Assembly (NCBI GenBank): GCA_002763075.1
Contig: PFDB01000016.1
Coordinates: 1-62,497, forward strand
Direction: 5' to 3'
Length of the DNA: 62,497 nt
Origin: Candidatus Pacearchaeota archaeon CG10_big_fil_rev_8_21_14_0_10_34_76
GTDB lineage: Archaea > Nanobdellota > Nanobdellia > Pacearchaeales > GW2011-AR1
The position numbers were made by a program, and so were the translations under genes. Of the stretch, positions 1 through 9,674 are shown piece by piece; the stretch's first letter is position 1, and each line of letters begins with the position of its first letter. The notes under the pieces are model-generated. The model did no database searches and was not told the origin of the DNA. It saw only the letters and a list, made by a program, of their open reading frames with translations.

Positions 1-2
1 TG

Positions 3-377
3 AATGACTCTGCTATAGATTACACATCTAAGTTTTACAATAAAGGAGAAAAATTCGATATAATAATTCTTGGAGCTGGTGAAGATTCACATATAGCCTC
101 TTTATTTCCAGGCCATCCAGAAATAAATTCAGAATCCTCATCATTCATTGCAATAACAGACTCTCCAAAACCTCCTAAAGAAAGAATTACTGCCTCAAAA
201 GTTCTCTTGAAAAAATCAGATTGCTGTTTTTTAGTATTTTTAGGAGATTCAAAACGCATTGCCTATGATATGTTTAACAACCCAGAAATTTCAGAAGAGG
301 AATGCCCTTCTAAAATAACAAAGGCCATAAGGAACCTCAATATAATAACTGATTTAGAAATCAAGGGTATAATCTAA
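3..377 (+). CDS. pgl: 6-phosphogluconolactonase, C-terminal part (5' end outside window)
   Basis: Own frame-3 translation reads ...GEKFDIIILGAGEDSHIASLFPGHPEINSE... This matches the GxGxDxHxASLFPG signature of the 6PGL/NagB family. TAA stop at 375-377. It is missing from the ORF track because no start codon lies in the window. Listed ORF 35..259(-) is its antisense shadow. Confidence 0.7.
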   Translation, partial: NDSAIDYTSKFYNKGEKFDIIILGAGEDSHIASLFPGHPEINSESSSFIAITDSPKPPKERITASKVLLKKSDCCFLVFLGDSKRIAYDMFNNPEISEEECPSKITKAIRNLNIITDLEIKGII

Positions 378-647
378 TACAGGAGAATATCTCGCCTTCC
401 AAAATTCATATGTCTTTCTTAATGGGTCTATTTCATCTCTAATTGTATCAACAAATTGTGCAGAATTAATCTTACCTTCTGAATAATTAGATGTTGCTTC
501 AGTCAATGTATCCTCAAATCTTCCCTTTACCAAATCTACCATAGATTTTGAACATCTCATAACTCTAGGATTTAAGAAAAATTGTCTTGTATCTGCTACC
601 AAATCATCTGCAGGAGGACTTATACATTCTCTATTATATCTACTCAT
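354..647 (-). CDS. hypothetical protein
   Basis: ORF track only; no recognisable motif. Confidence 0.35.
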   Translation of the reverse strand: MSRYNRECISPPADDLVADTRQFFLNPRVMRCSKSMVDLVKGRFEDTLTEATSNYSEGKINSAQFVDTIRDEIDPLRKTYEFWKARYSPVLDYTLDF

Positions 648-672
648 TTAAAATCAAAGTTATTAAGGTTAA

Positions 673-1011
673 TTAATCTTTCTCATCATCTTTTTGGATG
701 ATTATCCAATCAATAATGAATGCTATAAAGCTTGCAACTACAGAGATATACAAAACCTCTAGAATAATCGCTCCTGCTATTAAAATCCCAAGATTTATTT
801 GAGTCTGGAAAGCCATTTTTATTGCAATTATAAATGGCCATGCAACAACTCCCAATAATGCAGAATATGTTTGGTAATCAGAGCCAGTGAATGAATAATT
901 ATAAAGATATACAATCACAGTTACAAATATTAGGATAAAAACCGACAACATTAGTTTTCTTTTAGTCAGCCTGAAAAACTCTTTAACGCCTTTCTTTTTA
1001 TCAGATTTCAT
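673..1011 (-). CDS. small integral membrane protein
   Basis: Lys-rich N-terminus followed by three hydrophobic helices. It abuts the downstream gene. Confidence 0.5.
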   Translation of the reverse strand: MKSDKKKGVKEFFRLTKRKLMLSVFILIFVTVIVYLYNYSFTGSDYQTYSALLGVVAWPFIIAIKMAFQTQINLGILIAGAIILEVLYISVVASFIAFIIDWIIIQKDDEKD

Positions 1012-1012
1012 C

Positions 1013-2023
1013 TTATTTATCTACTCTATTTACAATCCTGCCTTTCTTAAAAGACAAAATATTCTCAATGGTCGTATCTAAAATCCTGTGAATTGCCTCT
1101 CTTGTGAAGAAAGCCATATGCGGAGTAACAATGACATTCTTCTCCTTCAAAAGTCTATGATTTTCCATAAAGATTTTCATATCTTCTTTATTGAACTCCT
1201 CAGAGAACATCTGCATTTCATCCTTAATATCCTCCTCTCCTTCTAAAACGTCAAGTGCGGCCCCAGATATTATTTTCTTTTCAAGCCCGTAAAGCAATGC
1301 AGTAGTATCTATTATCTCTCCTCTAGCCGCATTTATTATAAAACACCCTTTCTTTATTTTTCTTATATTGCTCATGTTTATCATTCCTCTTGTGCTAGGC
1401 AATAAAGGCACATGAATAGTTATTATATCAGAATTCATTAGAAGACTATCAAAATCAACATACTTGAATCCTAATTCTTTACTCAACTTAACATCTTTTG
1501 TTTTTGCAAATGCTATAACTTCCATCTCGAACCCCTTAGCTATTTTTATGACTCTCTGCCCTATGCTCCCAGGCCCTATAACTCCAAGGGTTTTTCCCCT
1601 TAAATCAAACCCTTCAAGTCCTTCAAGAGAAAAGTCATCCTTCTTCGTTCTTTCAACAGCCACGGGAATTTTCCTTGAAATAGATAAAATCAAGCCAAAT
1701 GTATGTTCTGCCACAGTATTTTCTCCATAATGTGGAACGTTACTTACAGAGATTTTTCTCTTCTTGCATTCATTAATATCAATGTGATCATATCCTGTTG
1801 ACATTGTTACAATATGGTTCAGATTAGGCATTTTATCTAATACCTCCTTATCAACGCACGAATCTACAAAAACCACTAGCACATCAGAATTCTTAGCTTT
1901 TATAGCATTCAAAGAATTTATGGGAGTTTTAAAGAATTCAACATTCACACCCCTGATTTTCTTCAACCCAGACTTTAGATAAATTTCATTATCTCTATTG
2001 CTCTCAAAAAAACTTATTTTCAT
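1013..2023 (-). CDS. D-isomer-specific 2-hydroxyacid dehydrogenase (NAD-binding)
   Basis: GVIGPGSIGQRV Rossmann GxGxxG motif, NAARGEIID and TPHMAFFT catalytic Arg/His context. 4-nt overlap with the upstream PfkB gene. Confidence 0.85.
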   Translation of the reverse strand: MKISFFESNRDNEIYLKSGLKKIRGVNVEFFKTPINSLNAIKAKNSDVLVVFVDSCVDKEVLDKMPNLNHIVTMSTGYDHIDINECKKRKISVSNVPHYGENTVAEHTFGLILSISRKIPVAVERTKKDDFSLEGLEGFDLRGKTLGVIGPGSIGQRVIKIAKGFEMEVIAFAKTKDVKLSKELGFKYVDFDSLLMNSDIITIHVPLLPSTRGMINMSNIRKIKKGCFIINAARGEIIDTTALLYGLEKKIISGAALDVLEGEEDIKDEMQMFSEEFNKEDMKIFMENHRLLKEKNVIVTPHMAFFTREAIHRILDTTIENILSFKKGRIVNRVDK

Positions 2024-2976
2024 TTTAAATTTACCCTCTTTATAATTATATTCTCTTTATCTGACTTACCCTTAATCTCTTTCCAACTCAGCAAGCCCTT
2101 TCTAGACCCTGGAGTTGAAACAAGAGATGCAGAATTAATCACTGCAGCCTTAATTGATTCTTTTATATCCCCAGTTTTTATCAACCCTGCAATGAAAGTG
2201 CTTGAAAAAACATCTCCCGCACCAGTCTTCTCTTTGACATCAACTTTTTTTGGAGAGTACTTATAGACATATATTCCATCAGAAACGTATCCTGGTCTTG
2301 CTCCATCTGTAATGCATACAATACTTGGACCAAGTTCATGGATTTTTTTATAAATGTTATTCTTTCCAACAAGCATCTCAGCCTCCTCCATATTCAAGCT
2401 CAAAAAATCTGTATTTCTCAACATTTTTCTCAAAGGCTCAATCCCTTTCCTTATTTGATAACTGCTAGGATTAAATGACACCTTCATCCCATTTCTTTTT
2501 GCAAAATCAACAAATTTTTTCTGACTTGCAAATGAGTCTCCTGCCAAAGAACTTATATGCACCCATTTAGAATTCATTTTCCCAAGTTTTATCTCATCAT
2601 ATTTCAATAAATTACTTGCTCCCTTATATGTGAGAATTGTCCTATGATGACTTTTAGACTCAAGAATAAATGAATATCCTGCATGTTCTTTTCCATTCAC
2701 TCCCAAAAAATCAACATTGGCTTTTTTTAATTCCCTAAGGATAATTTTAGAGTTATATCCATGTCCTATTTTACCTAAAAATCCTGATTTCAACCCAATT
2801 TTAGAAATGCACACAGAAGTGTTTATTCCTCCACCCCCAACAGAAAAATTAACCTTATCTACCAATACCTTTGTCCCAGAAGGAATACATAACTTTCCAG
2901 AACCCTCAACTATGTCAGTATATATGAATGCATCAACAAGACCACTACCAAAACTGATAACATCATATTTTTTCAT
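2020..2976 (-). CDS. PfkB/ribokinase-family sugar kinase
   Basis: N-terminal GG motif (VGGGGINTS) and C-terminal TGAGDVFSS PfkB signature. Confidence 0.85.
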   Translation of the reverse strand: MKKYDVISFGSGLVDAFIYTDIVEGSGKLCIPSGTKVLVDKVNFSVGGGGINTSVCISKIGLKSGFLGKIGHGYNSKIILRELKKANVDFLGVNGKEHAGYSFILESKSHHRTILTYKGASNLLKYDEIKLGKMNSKWVHISSLAGDSFASQKKFVDFAKRNGMKVSFNPSSYQIRKGIEPLRKMLRNTDFLSLNMEEAEMLVGKNNIYKKIHELGPSIVCITDGARPGYVSDGIYVYKYSPKKVDVKEKTGAGDVFSSTFIAGLIKTGDIKESIKAAVINSASLVSTPGSRKGLLSWKEIKGKSDKENIIIKRVNLK

Positions 2977-2993
2977 TAATCACCTCTTGAATA

Positions 2994-4157
2994 TTAATTC
3001 TTCCTTGCTTTTATTTTTAACGCTTCCAATCCTGGAAGTTTTTCACCAGCAATATAATGTAATAATGCCCCACCACTCAAACTCACATATCCTAATTTCT
3101 TTCTATTAATATTCAACCTCTCAAGTATTGATTCACTATGTCCTCCAGCTATCACACAGAATGCTCCAGATTTCTCCATTGATTTCAATAATTCTTTTGT
3201 TCCTTTTAAGAATTTTTTATTTTCATAATATCCTGCAGGCCCCTTCCAGAATATCTGTCTTGCATTCATTATTCTTTTTGAATATTCTTCAACTGTTTTA
3301 CTACCTATATCCAAAGCCCTCTCATTCAGGGGCAATTCACTAATGTCATGCTCTTCTCTCTTACCTCTTACTTCAAATGCAAGATCAATTGGAGTTTTTA
3401 TATTAGAAATGTTTTTCTTTATCTCAATCATAAAATTTCTATATTTGCTCAATATTTTATTCTCTACTCCAAGAGAATTTCCATTAGCAATCAGACAAAC
3501 AAGAGAGAAAACTCCTGTAGACAAAATATTTTTTTTCTTTATCAGAAGCATATTATCTTCTATTTTAGCCCCTCCCAAAATAAATAGTGTGTCTTTAAGA
3601 TGGATTTTATTGATATTCTTTAATTCTTCTTCCAATACCCTCCCTATTCCTGAAGGTAACAATTTTGGAAATACCATAATACTTGCTTGCTTCCTATGTG
3701 AAATAGAAAATGCATCATTGATATATATGTCGCTCCTTTTTGTAAGTTCTCTGATATACCTTGAATTTCTGTCAAAAAAGAATTCATCTTTTATTTTTCT
3801 GACATTATCTAATAATATCGCCTCTCCATCCCTTAAGGAATCAATAGCATTCAATGCTCTTTTCCCGCAAACGTCTGGAACAAACTTCACATTTGTAAAT
3901 CTTCTCAATGCTGCTGCATGTTGCTTTAAATCTATAAAATCCTCACTTCCAGGTCTTCCCTGATGGGCCAATATAATTACCCTTGCATTTTTCTTTTTCA
4001 GTTCCTTGATTGTTTTAGCATGCTCTCTTATTCTTCCAGAAACACGTATCTTTCCATTTTTAACCTCTGAATTAATATCTACTCTAAGCAAAACATTCTT
4101 TCCTTTAAATATAAAATCATCCAGCGTTTTGAATTTTTTATAAGCCATAAGAATCAA
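2994..4157 (-). CDS. pgk: phosphoglycerate kinase
   Basis: LLRVDINSEV N-terminal motif, HQGRPG, ILGGAKIEDN. Length 387 aa. 4-nt overlap with gap. Confidence 0.9.
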   Translation of the reverse strand: MILMAYKKFKTLDDFIFKGKNVLLRVDINSEVKNGKIRVSGRIREHAKTIKELKKKNARVIILAHQGRPGSEDFIDLKQHAAALRRFTNVKFVPDVCGKRALNAIDSLRDGEAILLDNVRKIKDEFFFDRNSRYIRELTKRSDIYINDAFSISHRKQASIMVFPKLLPSGIGRVLEEELKNINKIHLKDTLFILGGAKIEDNMLLIKKKNILSTGVFSLVCLIANGNSLGVENKILSKYRNFMIEIKKNISNIKTPIDLAFEVRGKREEHDISELPLNERALDIGSKTVEEYSKRIMNARQIFWKGPAGYYENKKFLKGTKELLKSMEKSGAFCVIAGGHSESILERLNINRKKLGYVSLSGGALLHYIAGEKLPGLEALKIKARKN

Positions 4158-5164
4158 CCTCTAAGCAACTTTAATGAATCTATAACTCTTGATGAATATC
4201 CATGTTCATTATCATACCATGCTAGCACTTTTACCATCTCTCCTTGTACCATTGTGCTCAACCCATCAATGATAGAAGAATGTATATTCCCAATTATATC
4301 ACTAGATACAATCTCATCCTCTGTATAATATAATATTCCTTTCATCTTTTTTGTAGCTGCATCCTTAAATGCCTTATTCACTTCATCAACACTTGTCTTC
4401 TTTTTAAGATGGGCAACAAAATCTATTATAGACCCAGAAGCAACTGGTACTCTCATTGCTAATCCAGACATCTTGCCCCTCATCTCAGGCATTGCCTTGC
4501 AAAGAGCATCTGTTGCCCCAGTACTTGTGGGCACAATATTCAACCCTGCGGTTCTTCCTCTTCTTCTTTTTTTGTGAAATCCGTCAACAATATTCTGACT
4601 TGCTGTATAGGCATGTAATGTAGTCAAAAATGATTCTTTTATTCCAAATTTTTCATTTAAGACCTTCACAACGGGAGCAAGACAGTTTGTAGTGCATGAA
4701 GCTATAGAAATTATTTCATGAGTCTTCTTAAGTTCATTTTCATTGACTCCCATTATCAATGTAATATCTGCATCGTCACTTGGAGCGGTTATTATGACTC
4801 TCCTTGCCCCAGCCTTGATATGCTTCATAGCACCATCTCTCTTTGTGAATGCCCCAGTAGCTTCAATCACAACATCAACCCCGAGTTTTTTCCAAGGAAG
4901 TTTCTCTGGATCCATTTCAGACAACACAGGATATTTCTTTCCATTAACAATTAGATTTTCTCCAGAAGAATGAACCCTTCCTTTAAAATTACCATATACA
5001 GAATCATATTTCAAAGCATATGCAGCATCTTCGGCTCCATGAAGATCATTTATAGCAACAATCTGAATTTTCCTTTCTAAAGCTATCTTAAAGATATTTT
5101 TTCCTATTCTTCCAAATCCATTGATAGCTACTTTCATCTCACCTCTCCTCTTACAAAACAACAT
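4154..5164 (-). CDS. gap: glyceraldehyde-3-phosphate dehydrogenase, type I (bacterial/eukaryotic class)
   Basis: MKVAINGFGRIG, active site SCTTNCLAP, WYDNEHGYS. The true start is probably the internal Met at 5137 (MKVAING...). Confidence 0.92.
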   Translation of the reverse strand: MLFCKRRGEMKVAINGFGRIGKNIFKIALERKIQIVAINDLHGAEDAAYALKYDSVYGNFKGRVHSSGENLIVNGKKYPVLSEMDPEKLPWKKLGVDVVIEATGAFTKRDGAMKHIKAGARRVIITAPSDDADITLIMGVNENELKKTHEIISIASCTTNCLAPVVKVLNEKFGIKESFLTTLHAYTASQNIVDGFHKKRRRGRTAGLNIVPTSTGATDALCKAMPEMRGKMSGLAMRVPVASGSIIDFVAHLKKKTSVDEVNKAFKDAATKKMKGILYYTEDEIVSSDIIGNIHSSIIDGLSTMVQGEMVKVLAWYDNEHGYSSRVIDSLKLLRG

Positions 5165-5205
5165 AACTGAACTTATAAATCTTTTTAGATGTAAATTTTA
5201 ACAAC

Positions 5206-5883
5206 TCAATGATTTTTTGATCTAAATTCTTTCTCCAATACCTTTAATGCCTTTTTTGGATCTTCAGAATTTGAAATAAAACTTCCTGAATTTACAATAT
5301 CAACTCCTGCCTTGACAAGTTTCCGAACACTATTATCATTCACCCCCCCATCAACTTGCACAATAACTTCGGGATATAATCTCTTAAAAGCAATTACATT
5401 CTCAACAACCAATGGATTTAGTCTTTGCCCTTCTTTTCCAGGATATACCCCCATGAACATAATACCATCGACGGATGCTCCAAACTTTTTTATTTTATCA
5501 ACGCTCTCCAAAATTTCTCTTATTTTAACATTTGGATTGAAGGCTACCCATGCACCCATATTATTCTTCTTTATCCTCATTATCAATTTGAATATTTTTT
5601 TAGAATCTTTTATAGCCCCGTAATGAAATATTATTTTTTTGAATCCTTTTTTTTTCATTTTAGATATCCATTTTTCAGGTCTATAAACCATCAAGTGTGC
5701 TTCAAAATCATTCTTGTATTTTTTTAAATTCGGAACATTAGAAGCTCTTATTCCCTTTGCCGAAACAAACTTTCCATCCATAAAATCAATTTGGATTTTT
5801 TTAGATATTTTCACCAGATTAGAAAATTTTTCATCAAATTCTTCCTTACTCTCTGCAAATATACTAGGTATGACGTGATTCAT
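5206..5883 (-). CDS. rpe: ribulose-phosphate 3-epimerase
   Basis: IQIDFMDGKFV, HLMV and QVDGGVN motifs of the RPE TIM barrel. Confidence 0.85.
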   Translation of the reverse strand: MNHVIPSIFAESKEEFDEKFSNLVKISKKIQIDFMDGKFVSAKGIRASNVPNLKKYKNDFEAHLMVYRPEKWISKMKKKGFKKIIFHYGAIKDSKKIFKLIMRIKKNNMGAWVAFNPNVKIREILESVDKIKKFGASVDGIMFMGVYPGKEGQRLNPLVVENVIAFKRLYPEVIVQVDGGVNDNSVRKLVKAGVDIVNSGSFISNSEDPKKALKVLEKEFRSKNH

Positions 5884-6329
5884 CTTTTTTTCTCGTATTT
5901 AGAAATCTTATCTATTCTTCTCTTGTGTCTTGGTTTTCCTGAAAATTCCTCTTTCAACCATAAATCAATAATTCTCACAGCCTTACTGCTTGAAAATTTC
6001 CTTCCTCTCAAACACAAAACATTAACATCATTATCTTTTTTAGCCATTTTTGCAGAATAATTGTCATAAGCACACGCAGCCCTCACTCCCCTGACCTTAT
6101 TAGCTGCTATGACCATTCCAGTCCCAGTCCCACATATTAATATTCCCCTTGAACCTTTATTTTTAACAACCTTCTCTGCAACCTTGAATGCATAATCTGG
6201 ATAATCATCCTCCTCTTTTTTGTTAATGTTACTAAAATCCTCATATGATATTTCTCTCTTCTCTAAAAATTTTCTTATCTTTTCTTTTGTATCAAAACCG
6301 GCATGATCTGCTCCAAGATATATTTTCAT
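5880..6329 (-). CDS. rpiB: ribose-5-phosphate isomerase B
   Basis: GADHAGF and ICGTGTGM RpiB/LacAB motifs. 4-nt overlap with rpe. Confidence 0.9.
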   Translation of the reverse strand: MKIYLGADHAGFDTKEKIRKFLEKREISYEDFSNINKKEEDDYPDYAFKVAEKVVKNKGSRGILICGTGTGMVIAANKVRGVRAACAYDNYSAKMAKKDNDVNVLCLRGRKFSSSKAVRIIDLWLKEEFSGKPRHKRRIDKISKYEKKR

Positions 6330-6486
6330 TTTTTACTAATCTAAAAACAGAATATTGTTTTTATATCTTATTGTTAAACTGGCTTTGTAAAAAAAGTCAA
6401 ATATGATGTGATTCCAGAAAGAATAAAGTCCCTATCGCTAAAATCCAGGTAGAATTGTTTCTTCAGTAAATTTTTTGTAAAATTCT

Positions 6487-7140
6487 TTAAATTCCATCTA
6501 ACCTATATTTCTTATAATTCAAACAAAAGTTCTTCCCACCCTTTTTAAAGGCTTCATTTGACTCGTTAATTATATTCATTGCCTCTTCCGCATTTTTTGC
6601 ATGGAATATCAAACTCATTTCTTTTTTATCAAAAAATCCTCTTTTCAATGGCTCCCTCTCAAGCCATCTTACAAGATCTTTCCATGTATCTCCAAGCAAT
6701 ATTATTGGAATGTCACAAATGTGCTTAACTTGCACTAACTGCCATGTATAAAAGAACTCAAGCATTGTTCCTATTCCTCCAGGGGCAATAACCACTGCGT
6801 TTGAAAGTAACATAAAATTATCAAGTCTGCTTGAAAATTTATCAAACTTGCTATACAAACCAACCCCCTTGTTAAAATCCTGTTCATGTGGCAAAACAAT
6901 ACCTAATCCAATAGAATGGGAGCCATTCTGTTTTGCTCCAGCTTCATGCCCAGTATTTGCAGCTTCCATTATTCCAGGTCCTCCTCCTGTAACAACATCA
7001 ATACCTTTCTCCCCAATCATTTTCGCAAGCTTATAAACTTCCTTGTAATATTTATCATTCCTCTTGATTCTTGAAGAACCAAATATAGTAACATGAAAAT
7101 GCTTGTGTCCTAATCCCTTCTTTATTCTTATTCTCACCAT
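6487..7140 (-). CDS. LOG-family (TIGR00730) nucleotide phosphoribohydrolase-like protein
   Basis: GGGPGIMEA and PGGIGTMLE motifs. Confidence 0.8.
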   Translation of the reverse strand: MVRIRIKKGLGHKHFHVTIFGSSRIKRNDKYYKEVYKLAKMIGEKGIDVVTGGGPGIMEAANTGHEAGAKQNGSHSIGLGIVLPHEQDFNKGVGLYSKFDKFSSRLDNFMLLSNAVVIAPGGIGTMLEFFYTWQLVQVKHICDIPIILLGDTWKDLVRWLEREPLKRGFFDKKEMSLIFHAKNAEEAMNIINESNEAFKKGGKNFCLNYKKYRLDGI

Positions 7141-7778
7141 TTTTTATCAAATTTTCTTAACTCAACTAATAGCTTTTCAGGGTTTTTAACTTTAGCAATG
7201 GCGGAAGCAATTAAAATTCCATCACACCCAAGCTCTCTAGCTTTTTCCACATCTAAAGCAGAACTTATTCCTGCCCCACATAATGATTTAATTCCACTAT
7301 CTTTCAAGATTCTTACAAACTTCACAATATCTTTGCTTTTATGCTCCGTGATTGACTTTCCACTTCCTATTAATTTAGGATCTTCAAATGCAATTGCGTA
7401 TGGCTTCAAATTTAATTTAGAAAAAATCTTCACTTCTCGCATGTTAGCAGCACACAAAATAACTTCCAAACCTGATTTTTTGCATTCAACCAGCCTATCC
7501 TTTATCTTATCAAGAGAAATCCTATGCTCTGAATGATTCAATAAAGTCCCTTTCGTCCCAACAGATTTCAACGCATTAGAATAAACATATCCAGTCCCTC
7601 TTCCATCTCTATTGTAATTAACGTGTTGAGAATAAACTTTCTTGTTTACCTCTCCAACAGAAATAATATCAACAAAATTTACACACACAATAGCATTAGG
7701 GAGATGTCTCCTTATCATTCCAGCAAGTTTAACAGCCTCCTTACCAAATTTATAACTCTTGAAATTGATTACTATCAT
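7134..7778 (-). CDS. tpiA: triosephosphate isomerase, short archaeal type
   Basis: 214 aa. VINFKSY, LLNHSEHR and AFEDPKLIGSG motifs. Overlaps fba by 4 nt. Confidence 0.85.
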   Translation of the reverse strand: MIVINFKSYKFGKEAVKLAGMIRRHLPNAIVCVNFVDIISVGEVNKKVYSQHVNYNRDGRGTGYVYSNALKSVGTKGTLLNHSEHRISLDKIKDRLVECKKSGLEVILCAANMREVKIFSKLNLKPYAIAFEDPKLIGSGKSITEHKSKDIVKFVRILKDSGIKSLCGAGISSALDVEKARELGCDGILIASAIAKVKNPEKLLVELRKFDKKW

Positions 7779-8533
7779 CCAAACACAATCCTCCTTAACT
7801 TTTGACTAATCTCTATTGGATTTTTACTCTGCCATACATTTCTTCCAACTGCAAGTCCTGTTGCGCCTGATTTCATTATGTCTCTGGCTTGCTTCAAAAA
7901 TGCTTTTTCATCTGCCTTTGCCCCTCCAGCAACAACTATTTTTGTTCTTCCAGCAACCTTAACTGCCCATTTTAAATCAGATGGTTTATTTCCATATTTT
8001 AACTTCACCATGTCTGATCCTATTTCTAAGCCAGTGCGCGCAGCATATGAAATCATCTCTCTTGAAACATCATTCTTAACTTTTTTCCCACGGGGATATA
8101 TCCATGTAATGACTGGCATTCCAATTTTATGTGCTTCCCTTTCAATTTTCTCAAATTGTTCTATCATCTTACTCTCATGAGAACTACCAATATAGATAGT
8201 ATAACCCACTGCTGACGCTCCTAACTTCACAGCCTCATTCACATCACCAATCTGTGCAGAAATTGGGTCTCCCCCGTTAAGAGATGTTCTACCATTTAAC
8301 TTCATTATCAATGGAACTCCTGAATTCCTTATTTCTTTATTATATTTTTCAACAATCCCTTTTTGAAAAACAACCCCTGTATAACCCCCCCGTTTTGCAA
8401 TATCTAAAATATGCAATGGATTCGCATTCTTATCATTAAAATCCTTCTCAGGCCCATGCTCTAATCCCTGGTCATACGCAAGGTACAAGGCTTTCCCTTT
8501 TTTCAAAAGTTTTCCCCATTTTAGTTTTCCCAT
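7775..8533 (-). CDS. fba: class I fructose-bisphosphate aldolase, archaeal (DhnA/FbaB) type
   Basis: LAYDQGLEHGP, MVKLKY (Schiff-base Lys context), VVAGGAK, GRNVWQ. Confidence 0.8.
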   Translation of the reverse strand: MGKLKWGKLLKKGKALYLAYDQGLEHGPEKDFNDKNANPLHILDIAKRGGYTGVVFQKGIVEKYNKEIRNSGVPLIMKLNGRTSLNGGDPISAQIGDVNEAVKLGASAVGYTIYIGSSHESKMIEQFEKIEREAHKIGMPVITWIYPRGKKVKNDVSREMISYAARTGLEIGSDMVKLKYGNKPSDLKWAVKVAGRTKIVVAGGAKADEKAFLKQARDIMKSGATGLAVGRNVWQSKNPIEISQKLRRIVFG

Positions 8534-8583
8534 CTTCCCTCTTTGAACACAAACAATATAAACAACTATTCCTTATAAGTCTT

Positions 8584-8925
8584 ATGAAGAGGTGTTTAGA
8601 AAAAAGGCCATGGGGAATGTTCGAGCAGTTCACTCTAAATGAAATATCTACAATTAAAATACTAACAATCAAGCCAAAACAAAAGTTCTCATTACAATAC
8701 CATAAAAGCAGAAAAGAATTCTGGAGATTTCTGGACAATCCAGCTAAAGTCACAGTTGGAAAAAAGACATTCAAGGCAAAGATGGGAGATGAGTTCATAA
8801 TAGAAAGAAAAACAAATCATAGGATTGAAGCCTTCTCAAAACCAGTGAGAGTATTAGAGATTTCTTTTGGAAAATTCAATGAGAAAGACATAGTTCGCAT
8901 AGAAGACGCTTACGGAAGAAAATGA
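8584..8925 (+). CDS. cupin-domain mannose-6-phosphate isomerase (type II PMI C-terminal-like)
   Basis: EKRPWGMFEQF...IKPKQKFSLQYHKSRKEFW...DIVRIEDAYGR matches the type II PMI cupin pattern. Confidence 0.7.
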   Translation: MKRCLEKRPWGMFEQFTLNEISTIKILTIKPKQKFSLQYHKSRKEFWRFLDNPAKVTVGKKTFKAKMGDEFIIERKTNHRIEAFSKPVRVLEISFGKFNEKDIVRIEDAYGRK

Positions 8926-9674
8926 AACCAATAACAGAATTATCAGAAAAAGATATAAAAAATTTAAAACTTATTGTTCTCGATCTAGACGGTGTTCTCG
9001 TCCCAAGAGGCACAAAGATAAAGGAAAGAGCCAACATTTTAAAATTAGGGATAAAGACAGTACCTCCTAGTATAATAAAAAAAATTAGACTGCTCTCTAA
9101 AAAAGGCTTTGAAATAAATGTTAACTCAGGACGTGGATTATGGATGCTTCAGCACATGCTTCATGATATCTTGGATTTCATAAGTCTTACATACGAAAAT
9201 GGTTCTGCAACATGGTATAAGGGAAAAATATATCAACATGCTAATAGCTTTTCAAAACTACATCACCTCTATGAAAAACTAAGATTTGTTAAACATAAAG
9301 ATATTTTAGGTTTTGAACCTAAAGAATTCATAATAACAATACACTGCAAAAAAAGAGTTAATGAAATAGAAAAAATAGTTTCTAAGTACAAAGAGGTTTA
9401 TTATATCTGGAACAATGAAGCTTATGATATTGGAATAAAAAACCTTCAGATAAAATCAAGGGGCCTGAAATCCCTCAGAGAGATTTTAAAGTTAAAAAAA
9501 GAAAATGTAATGGCGATAGGAGATAACTATAACGATATAGATATGCTAAAAGAATCAGGCATACCTATTTCAGCAGACCCCTCCAGAGTGAAAGGAGATT
9601 TCTATGTCGAATTAAATAAAAAAATGCTTCCTGCAGAACAACTCATAGACAGAATTCTCGAGGTTAAAAAATGA
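8922..9674 (+). CDS. HAD-superfamily (IIB/Cof-like) sugar phosphatase
   Basis: LDLDGVL (motif I) and GDNYNDIDML (motif IV). Confidence 0.75.
   Translation: MKPITELSEKDIKNLKLIVLDLDGVLVPRGTKIKERANILKLGIKTVPPSIIKKIRLLSKKGFEINVNSGRGLWMLQHMLHDILDFISLTYENGSATWYKGKIYQHANSFSKLHHLYEKLRFVKHKDILGFEPKEFIITIHCKKRVNEIEKIVSKYKEVYYIWNNEAYDIGIKNLQIKSRGLKSLREILKLKKENVMAIGDNYNDIDMLKESGIPISADPSRVKGDFYVELNKKMLPAEQLIDRILEVKK

Noticed and set aside
35-259. 74-aa minus-strand ORF at the window start
   Set aside because: It lies antisense to a much better plus-strand reading frame carrying the 6-phosphogluconolactonase signature. It has no motif of its own.
3343-3963. 206-aa plus-strand ORF, and other long antisense ORFs (for example 13012..13488, 19756..20148, 22291..22761, 58665..59027)
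   Set aside because: All lie opposite genes with strong family motifs (pgk, nagB, DEAD-box helicase, GTPase, antiporter). All have low-complexity Ser/Leu/Phe/Ile composition typical of shadow ORFs in AT-rich DNA.
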